DNA from: Nitrosopumilus sp.
Lineage (GTDB): Archaea > Thermoproteota > Nitrososphaeria > Nitrososphaerales > Nitrosopumilaceae
Assembly (NCBI GenBank): GCA_965238275.1
Contig: OZ250186.1
Location: forward strand, 928,001 to 992,000
DNA length: 64,000 bases
Direction of reading: 5' to 3'
Part shown: positions 49,623 through 59,636 of the stretch, in pieces
How the letters are laid out: each line of letters begins with the position of its first letter
Numbering within the stretch: the stretch's first letter is position 1
Notes under the pieces: generated by a model
Database searches by the model: none
Told to the model about the DNA's origin: nothing
Seen by the model: the letters and a program-made list of their open reading frames with translations, nothing else
Made by a program: the position numbers and the translations under genes

Positions 49623-50204
49623 GTGACATGTGAAATCTGTTTGACGCTGTTACAAAACGCCGAATCGTTTGCCCGGGCAAGGCATGCCGGAATGCTCAAA
49701 AAAGACGGCATTACCACACACTCAAGGCATCTTGAGGATGTGGTAAACAGGCTGAAAAGTCTGGGTGTGATAGACGAGGAGGTGCTATGTGCAGGATGGC
49801 TTCATGACACCCTGGAGGACACTGATACCAGCTTTGACGATCTGTTTGAACAGTTTGGAAGCAGGATTGCAGTGATTGTTTCATATCTGACAAAGGACAC
49901 GTCCCTGCCAAGAAAACCGAGGGTGCAGGCATATGTCCGGCAGCTTGAAGGCGCGTCATATGATGCCAAACTAATCAAGCTGTGCGACATCTCGGCAAAT
50001 CTGAGCGCCCTGAAGCGCTGGAACTGTTCAAAGTCACAAAAGATGCGTACGATAAAGCATGTCAGACGCTACGCAGGCGCAATCCGGGACGACCTGGCCT
50101 CCTCCTGTCAGGACTATCCAGGGGTACTTGCAATGCTTGAAGGCATCAACCAGACATTCAGGCAGTTCAATCAAAAGGCAGTCCCACAACGCCCTGCCTC
50201 ATGA
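49623..50204 (+). CDS. HD-domain small alarmone hydrolase (RelA/SpoT, Mesh1-like)
   Basis: AGWLHDTLEDT, LIKLCD. Confidence 0.85.
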   Translation: MTCEICLTLLQNAESFARARHAGMLKKDGITTHSRHLEDVVNRLKSLGVIDEEVLCAGWLHDTLEDTDTSFDDLFEQFGSRIAVIVSYLTKDTSLPRKPRVQAYVRQLEGASYDAKLIKLCDISANLSALKRWNCSKSQKMRTIKHVRRYAGAIRDDLASSCQDYPGVLAMLEGINQTFRQFNQKAVPQRPAS

Positions 50205-50660
50205 TTGACATGACTGCGCCGGCCATCTGATGATCTTCAAAGTCAGGACCGACCTCTATCATTGGTACCAAACCCGAGCCATCTTGCGGAACCGTCGTGA
50301 GGATTGGAATTTTGTGGCCTGTACCTGAACGCATGCACAAATATGGATCACGTGTGGAATGCATATCTGAATTTCTGCAGAATGTGTCTATCTGGGGTAA
50401 CTGTAAGCATTCATTGAGACTCGATGTCTATCTCCAGTTCTTCTGCCAGACCTTTCCACCATTGTCCAACTGCCTCATCCATGCTTATTCAATAAATGCC
50501 GTGCTCCTTTATAGATCTGTCGATTCCCATGCGTGGCGCAGTCACGTCCGTCACCTGTTGGGATACAAATCCTGTGATCACTGCACATTGCCTGATGTGG
50601 CATGCGACTCTGTGTGTGTGGTGGGCAGGCAGTCCGGATGCCCGTGCGGGCCTGAACGCT

Positions 50661-50882
50661 TCAAGAACTCTTCCTCCTCTTTCTGTAGATGATTATAATG
50701 AGGGTGCCCCCGGCACATGCCCAGAACAACGGGGACAGTCCGGGTCCTACAGACGGCTGGAACACGCCCACGAAACTCAGTGACATCACAACCACCAGAA
50801 TCAACCCCACAATCTCCAACATCCTTATCAATATCTTCCCACCATCCATCTGGAAATCAAAAAGATATATGGTTTTGTACAT
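50661..50882 (-). CDS. Small two-TM hypothetical protein
   Basis: Two hydrophobic helices and basic tail; start uncertain. Confidence 0.45.
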   Translation of the reverse strand: MYKTIYLFDFQMDGGKILIRMLEIVGLILVVVMSLSFVGVFQPSVGPGLSPLFWACAGGTLIIIIYRKRRKSS

Positions 50883-50893
50883 ACCACTAACCT

Positions 50894-51112
50894 GTGGACA
50901 AGTACCTTCTCGTAATCATGGCATTCATGATAGTCAGTATACCAATCGCCTTCATATCGCCTGCCACCGGCGAGCTCAGGGAGGCGCCCCTGTTCCTGTT
51001 GTTCTATGCTGCAATCGCCGGAATATCAATCATCATAGTCTACAGCTCCTACAAGGATCGGAAGGTTCGCCAGAGGGAGAACAGAAGACGGCGATCAAAG
51101 AAACGTGGCTAG
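50894..51112 (+). CDS. Small two-TM hypothetical protein
   Basis: 72 aa, two TM helices, Arg/Lys tail. Confidence 0.7.
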   Translation: MDKYLLVIMAFMIVSIPIAFISPATGELREAPLFLLFYAAIAGISIIIVYSSYKDRKVRQRENRRRRSKKRG

Positions 51113-51179
51113 GCCAGACTCAGTGTGCAACATCTGGACAGGATGATCCACAGGAAGCAAAAAAGATTAAAAAATATGA

Positions 51180-51461
51180 CTAGACATCCATGCCAAAAGA
51201 CTCGGCTATGCTGGAGAATCTTGCATAAGACTCCAGATACTGCCTGCCTCTTGGTGTAATAACAAATGTGTTCTTGCCGTCAAACTCTATCCTGTTGATG
51301 AGTCCTGCGCCGGTAAGGTTTGCCATAAATTTGGATAGTCTTGAATGGGAGATGTTTGCCTTGGTTAGAAGGGATGTTGTCTTGATTCCTTCCTGCCCGA
51401 ACTCCTCGGTGGCCTTTAACAGATCCGCCACGATGTGCATGCTTGTTCTATATGTAGTCAT
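51180..51461 (-). CDS. Winged-helix transcriptional regulator
   Basis: YRTSMHIVADLL...KANISHSRL...ITPRGRQYL. Confidence 0.85.
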   Translation of the reverse strand: MTTYRTSMHIVADLLKATEEFGQEGIKTTSLLTKANISHSRLSKFMANLTGAGLINRIEFDGKNTFVITPRGRQYLESYARFSSIAESFGMDV

Positions 51462-51625
51462 GTCAACGTAACTATGTTGTACTAATATATATATAGATGT
51501 AACCGCATCCTTCTTCTCTTCCTCAGGCATGACTCTGCTTGGTTGGTTTGACATGCAGCCCTGCGCCATGTGCATACATGCCCAAGATCTGTCTGGGCAT
51601 AAGCAGTGTGGTCGTGTAGCCGTTC

Positions 51626-52276
51626 ATGCATGTCTCCTACCGGATCATACCTTCCCATAAGATAAATAAGATTCATTCTGCTTATCATCTGATGCGTCCA
51701 AATTCGCCCATTCGGTGGTTTGATGATTTTGTAGGAGTGGCCTACAGGTATTACGATCTCCGAATGAATGTCGTTCCGCTGTTCTCTGAACGCAAGCCTG
51801 CCGTTGATCTCTGGCATGATACCATCCACTGGTGGGTAAATGCGTCCATTCGAATCCGGTTTGTCGATGTGGGCAAAATGTACTGGTTTGTCATGGGTTC
51901 AGAGTCCCAGAGACCTGCAACAAACGTGTCATTCTTCAAACTTCTCCCAAAATCCGACCACTATGAACGGTTCAGACGCGGTCATGATGGGGAGGCGTAT
52001 ATCCGGCTGGGGGTGTATGCAAAGCACTCCCTTGACGATGCCAAAAAGGGCGAGGAATGCAAGTGCGGTCACGAGGCACAGGATCATGACGAGGGGGATG
52101 ATGACGTGTGCCTGTTCAACGAGTGTGACTGTAAAAAATTTTCCAGCTTTCAGGTTACCCTTCTCAAGAGAACAAAGACAGTCACTGACATTGCGTTTCT
52201 GGATGAGAAGGACGTAAAGGATGATCCGCTTGCATGGAACTGCCTTAACGTACACAAGTATTCCAAAGAGGGCTAG
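51626..52276 (+). CDS. Conserved hypothetical protein with Cys/His metal-binding motif
   Basis: CKCGH...H...C...CDC. Confidence 0.75.
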   Translation: MHVSYRIIPSHKINKIHSAYHLMRPNSPIRWFDDFVGVAYRYYDLRMNVVPLFSERKPAVDLWHDTIHWWVNASIRIRFVDVGKMYWFVMGSESQRPATNVSFFKLLPKSDHYERFRRGHDGEAYIRLGVYAKHSLDDAKKGEECKCGHEAQDHDEGDDDVCLFNECDCKKFSSFQVTLLKRTKTVTDIAFLDEKDVKDDPLAWNCLNVHKYSKEG

Positions 52277-52504
52277 TCAAGATCCTTGTTTACCCGGGCA
52301 TGATCCCCGGGATAGTGATCTTTGAGCCTTTTTGAATAACAGTCCCCGCATATGGTCCCGCTTATTCCCCATTCCTTCATGGGGGTGTAGCGCAACATGA
52401 CCTTCCCGCCACACGCAACACACGCCTCCTTTGAACCCAAACTGCATCTGCTTTATGCCATTTGTATAAAAAACATTCCATATGATCGTGTAAAGCCATA
52501 ATAG

Positions 52505-52735
52505 TTGAGAATGACAGTATCCACCATGAGGATAAAATGTCCCAAATGTCATGAACCTGCCGAACTTGCAGGTGATTTCTCCGCTGTACGCTGTACATCC
52601 TGCGATCTGGATATGAGCTATGGCGAGTATGTCAAGTACATCGCACACAACGAGCCCACATACTCAGACATCCTTGGCGACTATGCAGGCAGCACGGAGG
52701 GACAGAGTTCGGGATCCCTTGACGAGTGGGATTGA
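52505..52735 (+). CDS. Small zinc-ribbon protein
   Basis: CPKC...CTSC; start probably 52526. Confidence 0.7.
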   Translation: MRMTVSTMRIKCPKCHEPAELAGDFSAVRCTSCDLDMSYGEYVKYIAHNEPTYSDILGDYAGSTEGQSSGSLDEWD

Positions 52736-52782
52736 GGATCCGCTTCATCAGATTAAAATAATTTGGATGATCCTACACATCA

Positions 52783-53424
52783 TTGGAGTTTTTACTGGTA
52801 AACATACTCAACCTCATCGGATTTCTGGTTGGTCTTGGCATAGGAATCGTGTTCCTGATGGGATTCCGAAGTACCGGAAGCCCCACACTGTTCAGGCTTA
52901 CAATTGCATTTCTATCCATCGGCATAGGATTCCTCGTCATATGGGCAGGATATCTGGTGGACGATCTTGTAACAAAGAACGGCTACATTGAGAGATGGGT
53001 TCAGACGTTGGGAACGGGAATTCAGACGGTGGGATACTTTTTCATCGCGTTCTCGCACAGCATAAAATCATTCTCCCCAAAGTCAAGCTACTTTAGATCG
53101 GTGGGCATTCTTCCGCTGTTTCTGGTATCGTCAGTCCAGCTGGAGCACATATTCCGTTCCGTCTCGTTTATCCTGCTGGCATATGGGGCCATTGAGACCA
53201 TACTGTCATACATTGACAGCAGAAACAAGGGGACGATCTCCGTGGCTGCAGGCCTGGCTCTTTTGGCACTGGGCGAGTTTCTGGGGTGGTACTCGTTCGT
53301 ATTCCCGGAGTCAATCCTGTATCCCGTATCCGTAATAATCAAGATATGCGGCCTGGTAGCACTGTTCATTCCGGTAAGCAGGGCACTGCTGACTCGGATA
53401 AAGTTTGGTGACCTGTCTGAATGA
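52783..53424 (+). CDS. Polytopic (~7 TM) membrane protein
   Basis: Multiple hydrophobic helices. Confidence 0.75.
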   Translation: MEFLLVNILNLIGFLVGLGIGIVFLMGFRSTGSPTLFRLTIAFLSIGIGFLVIWAGYLVDDLVTKNGYIERWVQTLGTGIQTVGYFFIAFSHSIKSFSPKSSYFRSVGILPLFLVSSVQLEHIFRSVSFILLAYGAIETILSYIDSRNKGTISVAAGLALLALGEFLGWYSFVFPESILYPVSVIIKICGLVALFIPVSRALLTRIKFGDLSE

Positions 53425-53600
53425 CCATGCCGGTATAATCAATGAGTGATTCCATGCGTGCCACCATTCGGAGATGAATCCGCATGCCTCTTGCAAATTA
53501 CCTGATTTGGCCGGTTATTCCGTGCTTGTCAAGATCTTTTATCTTTTTGGTATATTGAAAAATATTACATACTATCATATGGGTTTTGTAATACTGCGGT

Positions 53601-53876
53601 ATGGCAGGGTACCGGACGCACATCAAGATTGTGGGTGACATACTGACAACTGCCCGGGATGAGGACGGATCCACTGTTACCCATCTGATAAGAACTGCAA
53701 ACATACCACATTCCAGAATCTCAGGAATCCTGCAGATTCTGGTGTCGCATGGACTTTTAGAGGTGACGCAGACCAGGGGATCCAGCATGTTTATGATAAG
53801 CAGGTCCGGGAGGGAGTTTCTCCAGGCATACTACGAGTTTGTAGACTTTGTAGATAACTTTGGGCTTAACATCTAG
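53601..53876 (+). CDS. Winged-helix transcriptional regulator (paralog of 51180-51461)
   Basis: YRTHIKIVGDIL...TANIPHSRI...SGREFL. Confidence 0.85.
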   Translation: MAGYRTHIKIVGDILTTARDEDGSTVTHLIRTANIPHSRISGILQILVSHGLLEVTQTRGSSMFMISRSGREFLQAYYEFVDFVDNFGLNI

Positions 53877-54022
53877 TCAAACTCGCCGTCTTCAAAGTCG
53901 TCTTCAAAGTCAGTATCCCAGACTTCAAGGGGTTCGGACATACCCCGGAGGGAGATCTGATCCCGTTAAAAGTCTACCCAAAATGCACTCTGTTAACTCT
54001 TCGTGTGTTTTCCCAAATCGAA

Positions 54023-54224
54023 GGCTCTGGTAAATTCTAGTGATCTCTAATGTTCACTGCTCAAAAGTGTGTTTTAGGCTCTTCTCCAGATTCGGCTCCG
54101 CCGCATTTCGTCAGGGTGTTCAAAAGTGTCATGTCTCCAATAATGCTGTTCAAAAGTGAGCTTGGCCACACCCGCACCTTGGTGGTAGATTTCGGTGATC
54201 AGATCACTAGAATTTACCAGAGCC
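54023..54224 (+). mobile_element. 202-bp MITE, copy A
   Basis: 24-bp perfect TIR GGCTCTGGTAAATTCTAGTGATCT. Confidence 0.88.
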
Positions 54225-54547
54225 GATATGGCGTGCAGGCTCATCCAAGATCTTCTCTTGTGACATGCAACCTGCATGTCTCGCGCCTTGCCGGATGGCG
54301 TCTGGTCGATCATCTGGAGAATCTTTTCTCAGTTCGTATCCTGCAAGAACCCGTCGCCCCTGGGCAGCCTGTCATTCCTGCACAGCGCCTTTGAAAATAT
54401 CAGGCCAATTTTCAACATGTTCCAGGATCAAAATTTTTCGATTGCGTTTGCCCACAAATCCGCACCGTCAAATTAGCGAAACATTATGTCCCCGACTATG
54501 CGTCGCATCGTGGAATGTTTTTTACATGTCGCAGCCGCCAGCGTAGC

Positions 54548-54865
54548 ATGACGCACAGGTGGTGGTTTGCGGCTCTTGCAGCCTCGGGGATTTTTGCCGG
54601 ACACATGACATTTGATGCATTTATCCTCATCGGGTACGTTGGCGTTGGGTGCTACGCATTGACTGCATGGGTCATTGCCGCTACATCCTTCGGGGTCGTC
54701 GCATGGCGGATGCGCGCTAGGAATATTCTCCGGTGGTGGCACGTAGTCCTGGTGTTTGCCATCGGCGGATCGTCGTTTGTGGGCCAAGGTGGCGTGATGT
54801 GGCCAATATGCATACCCGGACCGGAGTTCCACGAGATAAATCTGAGGGTGGGCACAAGCCCGTGA
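54548..54865 (+). CDS. Putative cargo membrane protein
   Basis: ~105 aa with 3 hydrophobic segments between the MITEs. Confidence 0.45.
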   Translation: MTHRWWFAALAASGIFAGHMTFDAFILIGYVGVGCYALTAWVIAATSFGVVAWRMRARNILRWWHVVLVFAIGGSSFVGQGGVMWPICIPGPEFHEINLRVGTSP

Positions 54866-54971
54866 CTGTCAAAGATTTTTGATTTACCGCCACATCTTAA
54901 AATTGTAAGAGCAGTATGATGGTATGTACTCAGGTCCAATACAATTCTAGGCACGAATTTGCAAGAATTAT

Positions 54972-55173
54972 GGCTCTGGTAAATTCTAGTGATCTGATCA
55001 CCGAAATCTACCACCAAGGTGCGGGTGTGGTCCGACTTACTTTTGAACAGCATTATTGGAGACATGACACTTTTGAACACCCTGACGAAATGCGGCGGAG
55101 CCGAATCTGGAGAAGAACCTAAAACACACTTTTGAGCAGTGAACATTAGAGATCACTAGAATTTACCAGAGCC
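54972..55173 (-). mobile_element. 202-bp MITE, copy B (inverted)
   Basis: Near-identical reverse complement of 54023-54224 with the same 24-bp TIR. Confidence 0.88.
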
Positions 55174-55245
55174 TGAATCTGGAGAAACCACCCGAAGAGT
55201 TAAGAGCCCCAAAATGGTAATAAGACAAGTGCTGACAGGACTGCC

Positions 55246-55842
55246 ATGAGGGTAACTTGCAGCAGGCATGGGATACAGCAAGCGTCTGAGATTATAATGC
55301 GTGGCGGAATTGCCGTATTTCCCACGGATACGGTTTATGGAATAGGGTGCAATCCACGCAACAGGGAGTCTGTCCAAAGGATCTACAAGATAAAGTCCCG
55401 GGATCCCTCAAAACCTCTGCCCGTTCTGGTTCACTCCCGGGAGACGGCAGAAAAGATAGCCATATTTGATGATGCCAGCAGCAGGATGGCCGCAAGATTC
55501 TGGCCCGGCCCGCTGACTATGCTGCTGAAGGTGGCAGATGGGAATCTGAAGACTGCATTGAACCTGGATGACAAAATCGCACTCCGTGTACCGAATCACA
55601 GATGTACACAGGAACTTCTCAGGATATGCGGCATGTTGGTGGGCACCAGCGCAAACGTCTCTGGACATGTACCGTTTACGAATCCTGAACGCTGCCCCAA
55701 AGAGATACGGAACTGTGACGTCTTTGTGGACGGGGGGGTGGTTCAGGGCGGTGTCGAATCCACAATAGTCGAGTCAGAAGACGGAGAGATTAGAATAATC
55801 CGGGAGGGATTCCTGGACAGGGAGACTGTGTTGGGGTTATGA
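55246..55842 (+). CDS. L-threonylcarbamoyladenylate synthase (Sua5/TsaC)
   Basis: FPTDTVYGIG, KSRDPSKPL, FWPGPLT, TSANVSG. Confidence 0.93.
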   Translation: MRVTCSRHGIQQASEIIMRGGIAVFPTDTVYGIGCNPRNRESVQRIYKIKSRDPSKPLPVLVHSRETAEKIAIFDDASSRMAARFWPGPLTMLLKVADGNLKTALNLDDKIALRVPNHRCTQELLRICGMLVGTSANVSGHVPFTNPERCPKEIRNCDVFVDGGVVQGGVESTIVESEDGEIRIIREGFLDRETVLGL

Positions 55843-56381
55843 ACCTGATCGTCACATGCCCACGACATTACGAGCCTGATGCAGCCGATGAGATCCGGGG
55901 CATTTTAGATGTGCTTGGAGATCCGGACGCCGAGACATCGATTACCAAGATTTCCGGAATACTTACTGCCAGTACAAGTCTTGAGCCGGTGGAGACTGTG
56001 AGAAAGATCAGAGACATGCTTCTTGACGAGCCGTGGAGCATCAGGTACTGCATGAGGGTCATACCGATTCAGCAGACCGTTGATACCGGAATCGAGGAGA
56101 TCCAGAAGGCAGTGGCAGGACTGCCAGGACAAATCTCCGACGGAGAGACATACAGGATTTCAATTGAGAAGAGAAACACGAACATCTCCAGCAGGGATGT
56201 CATCTCAAGACTTGCAGACATGGTAAACGGTACCGTCTCCCTGGAATTCCCAGACAAGATCATTCTAGTTGAGATTCTGGGTGGCAGAACCGGGGTCTCG
56301 ATACTGAAGAGTTCAGACATACTGAGCGTAGAGAAGACAAAACGCAGCATGTCAGAGCAGGACAGCGGCTCTCTCGACTAG
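55839..56381 (+). CDS. THUMP domain protein
   Basis: RVIPIQ, TYRISIEKR, VSLEFPDKIILVEILG. Confidence 0.88.
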   Translation: MNLIVTCPRHYEPDAADEIRGILDVLGDPDAETSITKISGILTASTSLEPVETVRKIRDMLLDEPWSIRYCMRVIPIQQTVDTGIEEIQKAVAGLPGQISDGETYRISIEKRNTNISSRDVISRLADMVNGTVSLEFPDKIILVEILGGRTGVSILKSSDILSVEKTKRSMSEQDSGSLD

Positions 56382-57131
56382 AATATCCTCCAGAGGAGTG
56401 TCTGAGCAGACAACATCAAGCTGTCTTTTTGTAATCTTGAAGTGCCTTTTGAGAAAAGCGCTACTGCCTTTTAGGAACAGGCCGTCTGAGAGTGGCGCCA
56501 GCCTCCTACATAACGAGTTTAATGTATTCCTGTTTCCGATGGCAATCAGGATAAAGCCGTACCCGGGCCTGATTCCGGCGTTTGTTATAGCCTCGGAGAT
56601 CTGCCCTGTCAGCGCAAAACGCATCAGCATGTCCGTCTCCAGTTTTTTTGAAAGCAGGATGTCGTTTCTTTCTGCCTCCAATGAAACGTTGAGAATTTTT
56701 TCAAGATGTCCCCGGCCCGCCACAAAATTCTTAGAGACTGCCTGGAACAGGATTCCTGGATATGTGCATCTTAAATCCTCTAGAAACCCTGCCCCGACGG
56801 CTTTATTCCCCCTGAGACCTATTATTTGAATCTGTTTTCTGCGTATCCTCAGGGACAGCATTCCTGATCCTCCGTGAATGACTGGTATGATACTTACAAC
56901 GTCGGAGTCGTGTATTATTGTGGCCCTGCCCTGCATTGCCGAGGAATCAGTACCGTTGACTGCGATCAGTATGTTTGCAGTGTCAAATTCGTAGGAGTCT
57001 GCAGGCTTTATCTCTACTAACAAATCAAGCAGATCCCCGATGGAGAGATCAACTCTGTTGATCTGTATCTGGTCGGTTTGAAAGGATTTTTTTGCGCCTC
57101 CCATAAGTTTTACAGTGATCATTCTATCCAA
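56352..57131 (-). CDS. Ubiquitin-like (ThiS/MoaD) - KEOPS Cgi121 fusion
   Basis: N-terminal beta-grasp ending IIPVIHGG; C-terminal LETDMLMRFALTGQISEAI Cgi121 motif. Confidence 0.85.
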   Translation of the reverse strand: MDRMITVKLMGGAKKSFQTDQIQINRVDLSIGDLLDLLVEIKPADSYEFDTANILIAVNGTDSSAMQGRATIIHDSDVVSIIPVIHGGSGMLSLRIRRKQIQIIGLRGNKAVGAGFLEDLRCTYPGILFQAVSKNFVAGRGHLEKILNVSLEAERNDILLSKKLETDMLMRFALTGQISEAITNAGIRPGYGFILIAIGNRNTLNSLCRRLAPLSDGLFLKGSSAFLKRHFKITKRQLDVVCSDTPLEDILVERAAVLL

Positions 57132-57155
57132 TTTGGAAACTGGGGGATAATACTG

Positions 57156-58006
57156 TTATTCCGTCCTTGCAGGCTCTTCATCCGTGCCAGAAACGTTCTC
57201 TGGTGGTTTGGAATCTGTTTGTACCGGTTCCGTGACTGCTTGTTCCACCACTGGCTCTGAAACTGCCTGCTCTGCCGCCGCCGGTTCCTGCTCCACCACT
57301 GGCTCTGAAACTGCCTGCTCTGCCGCCGCCGGTTCCTGCTCCACCACTGGCTCTGAAACTGCCTGCTCTGCCGCCGCCGGTTCCTGCTCCACCACTGGCT
57401 CTGAAACTGCCTGCTCTGCCGCCGCCGGTTCCTGCTCCACCACTGGCTCTGAAACTGCCTGCTCTGCTCCACCACTGGCTCTGAAACTGCCTGCTCTGCC
57501 GCCGCCGGTTCCTGCTCCACCACTGGCTCTGAAACTGCCTGCTCTGGCTCCACCACTGGCTCTGAAACTGCCTGCTCTGAAACTGCCTGCTCTGCCGCCG
57601 CCGGTTCCTGCTCCACCACTGGCTCTGAAACTGCCTGCTCTGCCGCCGCCGGTTCCTGCTCCACCACTGGCTCTGAAACTGCCTGCTCTGCCGCCGCCGG
57701 TTCCTGCTCCACCACTGGCTCTGAAACTGCCTGCTCTGCTGCTGTTGCTTCTAGTTTGGCTGCCTTGGCAGCAAGTTCTGCCAATTCATTGGCGTGTGCA
57801 GCGTCAATCTGTGCCTGCTTGGTTTTTCTTTCGCGAATCTCCTTTTTGATGAATTTTGTAATGTATCCTGCAATCTCGTTTTTGAGTCCCTTGGAACGGA
57901 TAATTGACACCTCTCCGAGAATCTTCTTATTGTCAGAAAAACTCTCTCCAAATTTTGACTTGTGCTTGTCCAGCACGTCATACGAGAGGCGTTTTATTCT
58001 ATCCAC
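57156..58006 (-). CDS. rps17e: 30S ribosomal protein S17e with repeat-expanded acidic tail (frameshift in the repeat)
   Basis: FSDNKKIL...SKGLKNEIAGYIT; tail of 16-aa repeats. Confidence 0.9.
57244..57737 (-). repeat. 48-bp coding tandem repeat (AAAEQAVSEPVVEQEP), ~10 units with truncated variants
   Basis: Unit TCCACCACTGGCTCTGAAACTGCCTGCTCTGCCGCCGCCGGTTCCTGC; one 32-bp unit at 57436-57467. Confidence 0.95.
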
Positions 58007-58036
58007 GCTCGTCTAAACAGACGGGGTTTTTTATAC

Positions 58037-58792
58037 CTATATTCTGAGGAATGATTCCGTGTTTTTCTCTAACATGACTGCCGTCTCGTCAAACGTTCTT
58101 CCAATGACCTTTGATGCGCAAAATATGACACTTGGAATGAAACTAACCTGCCCTGACTTTCCCTCAAAGCATCTGGAAAACCTTACAGGACCGTCAGTCT
58201 CTACAAGAATCCTTGACTTGTCTGTTCTAGACAGCAAGGCCTGCTTGTCATTTGCGTAAACTGTCACAGGTCCATAGGATACAAAGAATCCCATGTCCAT
58301 TGCCCTTCGAAGCTGTCTTTTGTTTCCATCAAACCAGTGAAGCAGGGCACGGGTCGCATCATAGGACGTCATTATTTCAAGGATGTCGTCAAGGCTCTTT
58401 CTTGCGTGAATGGATACGGGTTTGTCAAACCTCTCTGCACATGCCATCAGCGTTTCAAAGACATGAACCTGCCTCCTTGCCTCCTTGCCATCCCTTGTGT
58501 ATGTGGGATCCAGTCCTATCTCCCCTATTCCGGCGATATCAGAGTGGGACTGCTCTATCATCCCAACCATCTCTTCAAGATTGTCATCTGCATGCTCTGG
58601 ATGAATCCCGACAAAGGGAAGAACCAAGTCGTCCCTCTCTGCAATCCTGACTGTCTGTAGGGAATTTTCTACGCTTACCGAGACGCAGCATGCCTTGATC
58701 CTCAAATGCCTCATCTGCATCAAGATGAGATCCATGTCCTTGGCGTAGGCGGGATCAGACAGGTGAATGTGGGCGTCAAAGTACCATGTCAT
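58037..58792 (-). CDS. TatD-family hydrolase
   Basis: DAHIH, GIHP, IGEIGLD, LHWF, ETDGP. Confidence 0.93.
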   Translation of the reverse strand: MTWYFDAHIHLSDPAYAKDMDLILMQMRHLRIKACCVSVSVENSLQTVRIAERDDLVLPFVGIHPEHADDNLEEMVGMIEQSHSDIAGIGEIGLDPTYTRDGKEARRQVHVFETLMACAERFDKPVSIHARKSLDDILEIMTSYDATRALLHWFDGNKRQLRRAMDMGFFVSYGPVTVYANDKQALLSRTDKSRILVETDGPVRFSRCFEGKSGQVSFIPSVIFCASKVIGRTFDETAVMLEKNTESFLRI

Positions 58793-58882
58793 TGTTCTGT
58801 CACTCCAAGAGCAGTAGTATTTGATGTCCTGTTAATATTTTTTCACTCATCCTCTTTTTTTAAGGAAACCAGAGCAAATTTC

Positions 58883-59104
58883 ATGCGATCATCGGAACTG
58901 GGAATGTCTGCCATGTATAGATTCCTGAAGAAGGCGGGAGCCGAGAGGGTCAGCGACGAATCGGCAGATGAACTAAGAAGGGTGGTAGAGGAGATTGCCA
59001 GTAGCATTGCAAGGAATGCCGTAGAGATGGCATCACATGCAAGGCGGAGAACGGTAAAGGGCGAGGACGTAAAAATGGCCTCAAGGCAGTTTACCCGATT
59101 TTAA
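58883..59104 (+). CDS. Archaeal histone
   Basis: RFLKKAGAERVS...HARRRTVKGEDV. Confidence 0.92.
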   Translation: MRSSELGMSAMYRFLKKAGAERVSDESADELRRVVEEIASSIARNAVEMASHARRRTVKGEDVKMASRQFTRF

Positions 59105-59143
59105 TCTAAAGGATTTAATTATTCACATCGTGTTTTGCAAAAC

Positions 59144-59215
59144 GGTGCGGTGGCAGAACGGTTATGCGTGGGCCTGCAAAGCCTATACAAGGGGGTTCGA
59201 CTCCCTCCCTCACCT
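59144..59215 (+). tRNA. tRNA-Cys(GCA)
   Basis: Anticodon loop CTGCAAA; one C:U mismatch in the acceptor stem. Confidence 0.88.
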
Positions 59216-59216
59216 T

Positions 59217-59636
59217 CTACTCTACAACCACCTGTCCCACCATCCATGGATGGAGGGTACAAAAGTAGTCAATCGTGCCTGCCTGCTCGAAGGTAACCGT
59301 GTATGAATCGTATGGATTCATGTATCCGCTGTCAAACAGATCAGTCGGGGCGTCATAAAAGCCGGATGTCACGCTGTGGAATGCAGAATCCTCGTTGACC
59401 CATGTCACGTCTGCCCCTCTTTCAACTGTGATCCTGGTCGGAACGTAACACCCTTCAGTCTCCTCGCAGCCCGGGCGGGACACCTTTGTGGGCATTATCA
59501 CGTCGGCTGCCACGTCTGTATCCTCTGTCTTCTCTAATTCCACATCAGCCGGCTCGGCATCATCATTATTATTGGAAGTGCCAAGCGCGGCTGCGATGAC
59601 GAGTACAAGAACCGCCATTCCGCCAACCGCTATCAT
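59217..59636 (-). CDS. Membrane-anchored blue-copper (cupredoxin) protein
   Basis: HSVTSG, YFCTLHPWM type-1 copper ligands. Confidence 0.92.
   Translation of the reverse strand: MIAVGGMAVLVLVIAAALGTSNNNDDAEPADVELEKTEDTDVAADVIMPTKVSRPGCEETEGCYVPTRITVERGADVTWVNEDSAFHSVTSGFYDAPTDLFDSGYMNPYDSYTVTFEQAGTIDYFCTLHPWMVGQVVVE

Larger units (their letters stand above)
53986..55207. mobile_element. Composite inverted-repeat element with two MITE arms
   Basis: ~230-bp inverted arms; 9-bp direct repeat CCCAAAATG outside (53977-53985, 55208-55216). Confidence 0.7.

Noticed and set aside
54050-55146. Paired ORFs MFTAQKCVLG... (114 and 164 aa)
   Set aside because: They start inside the MITE copies and diverge on leaving them; no transposase motifs
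53993-55203. TTAA at both outer ends as a piggyBac-like TSD
   Set aside because: TTAA is palindromic and lies inside the extended inverted repeat; the 9-bp CCCAAAATG duplication explains the boundaries better, though TTAA is not fully excluded
57244-57737. 48-bp tandem repeats as a CRISPR array
   Set aside because: No unique spacers; coding tail of rps17e
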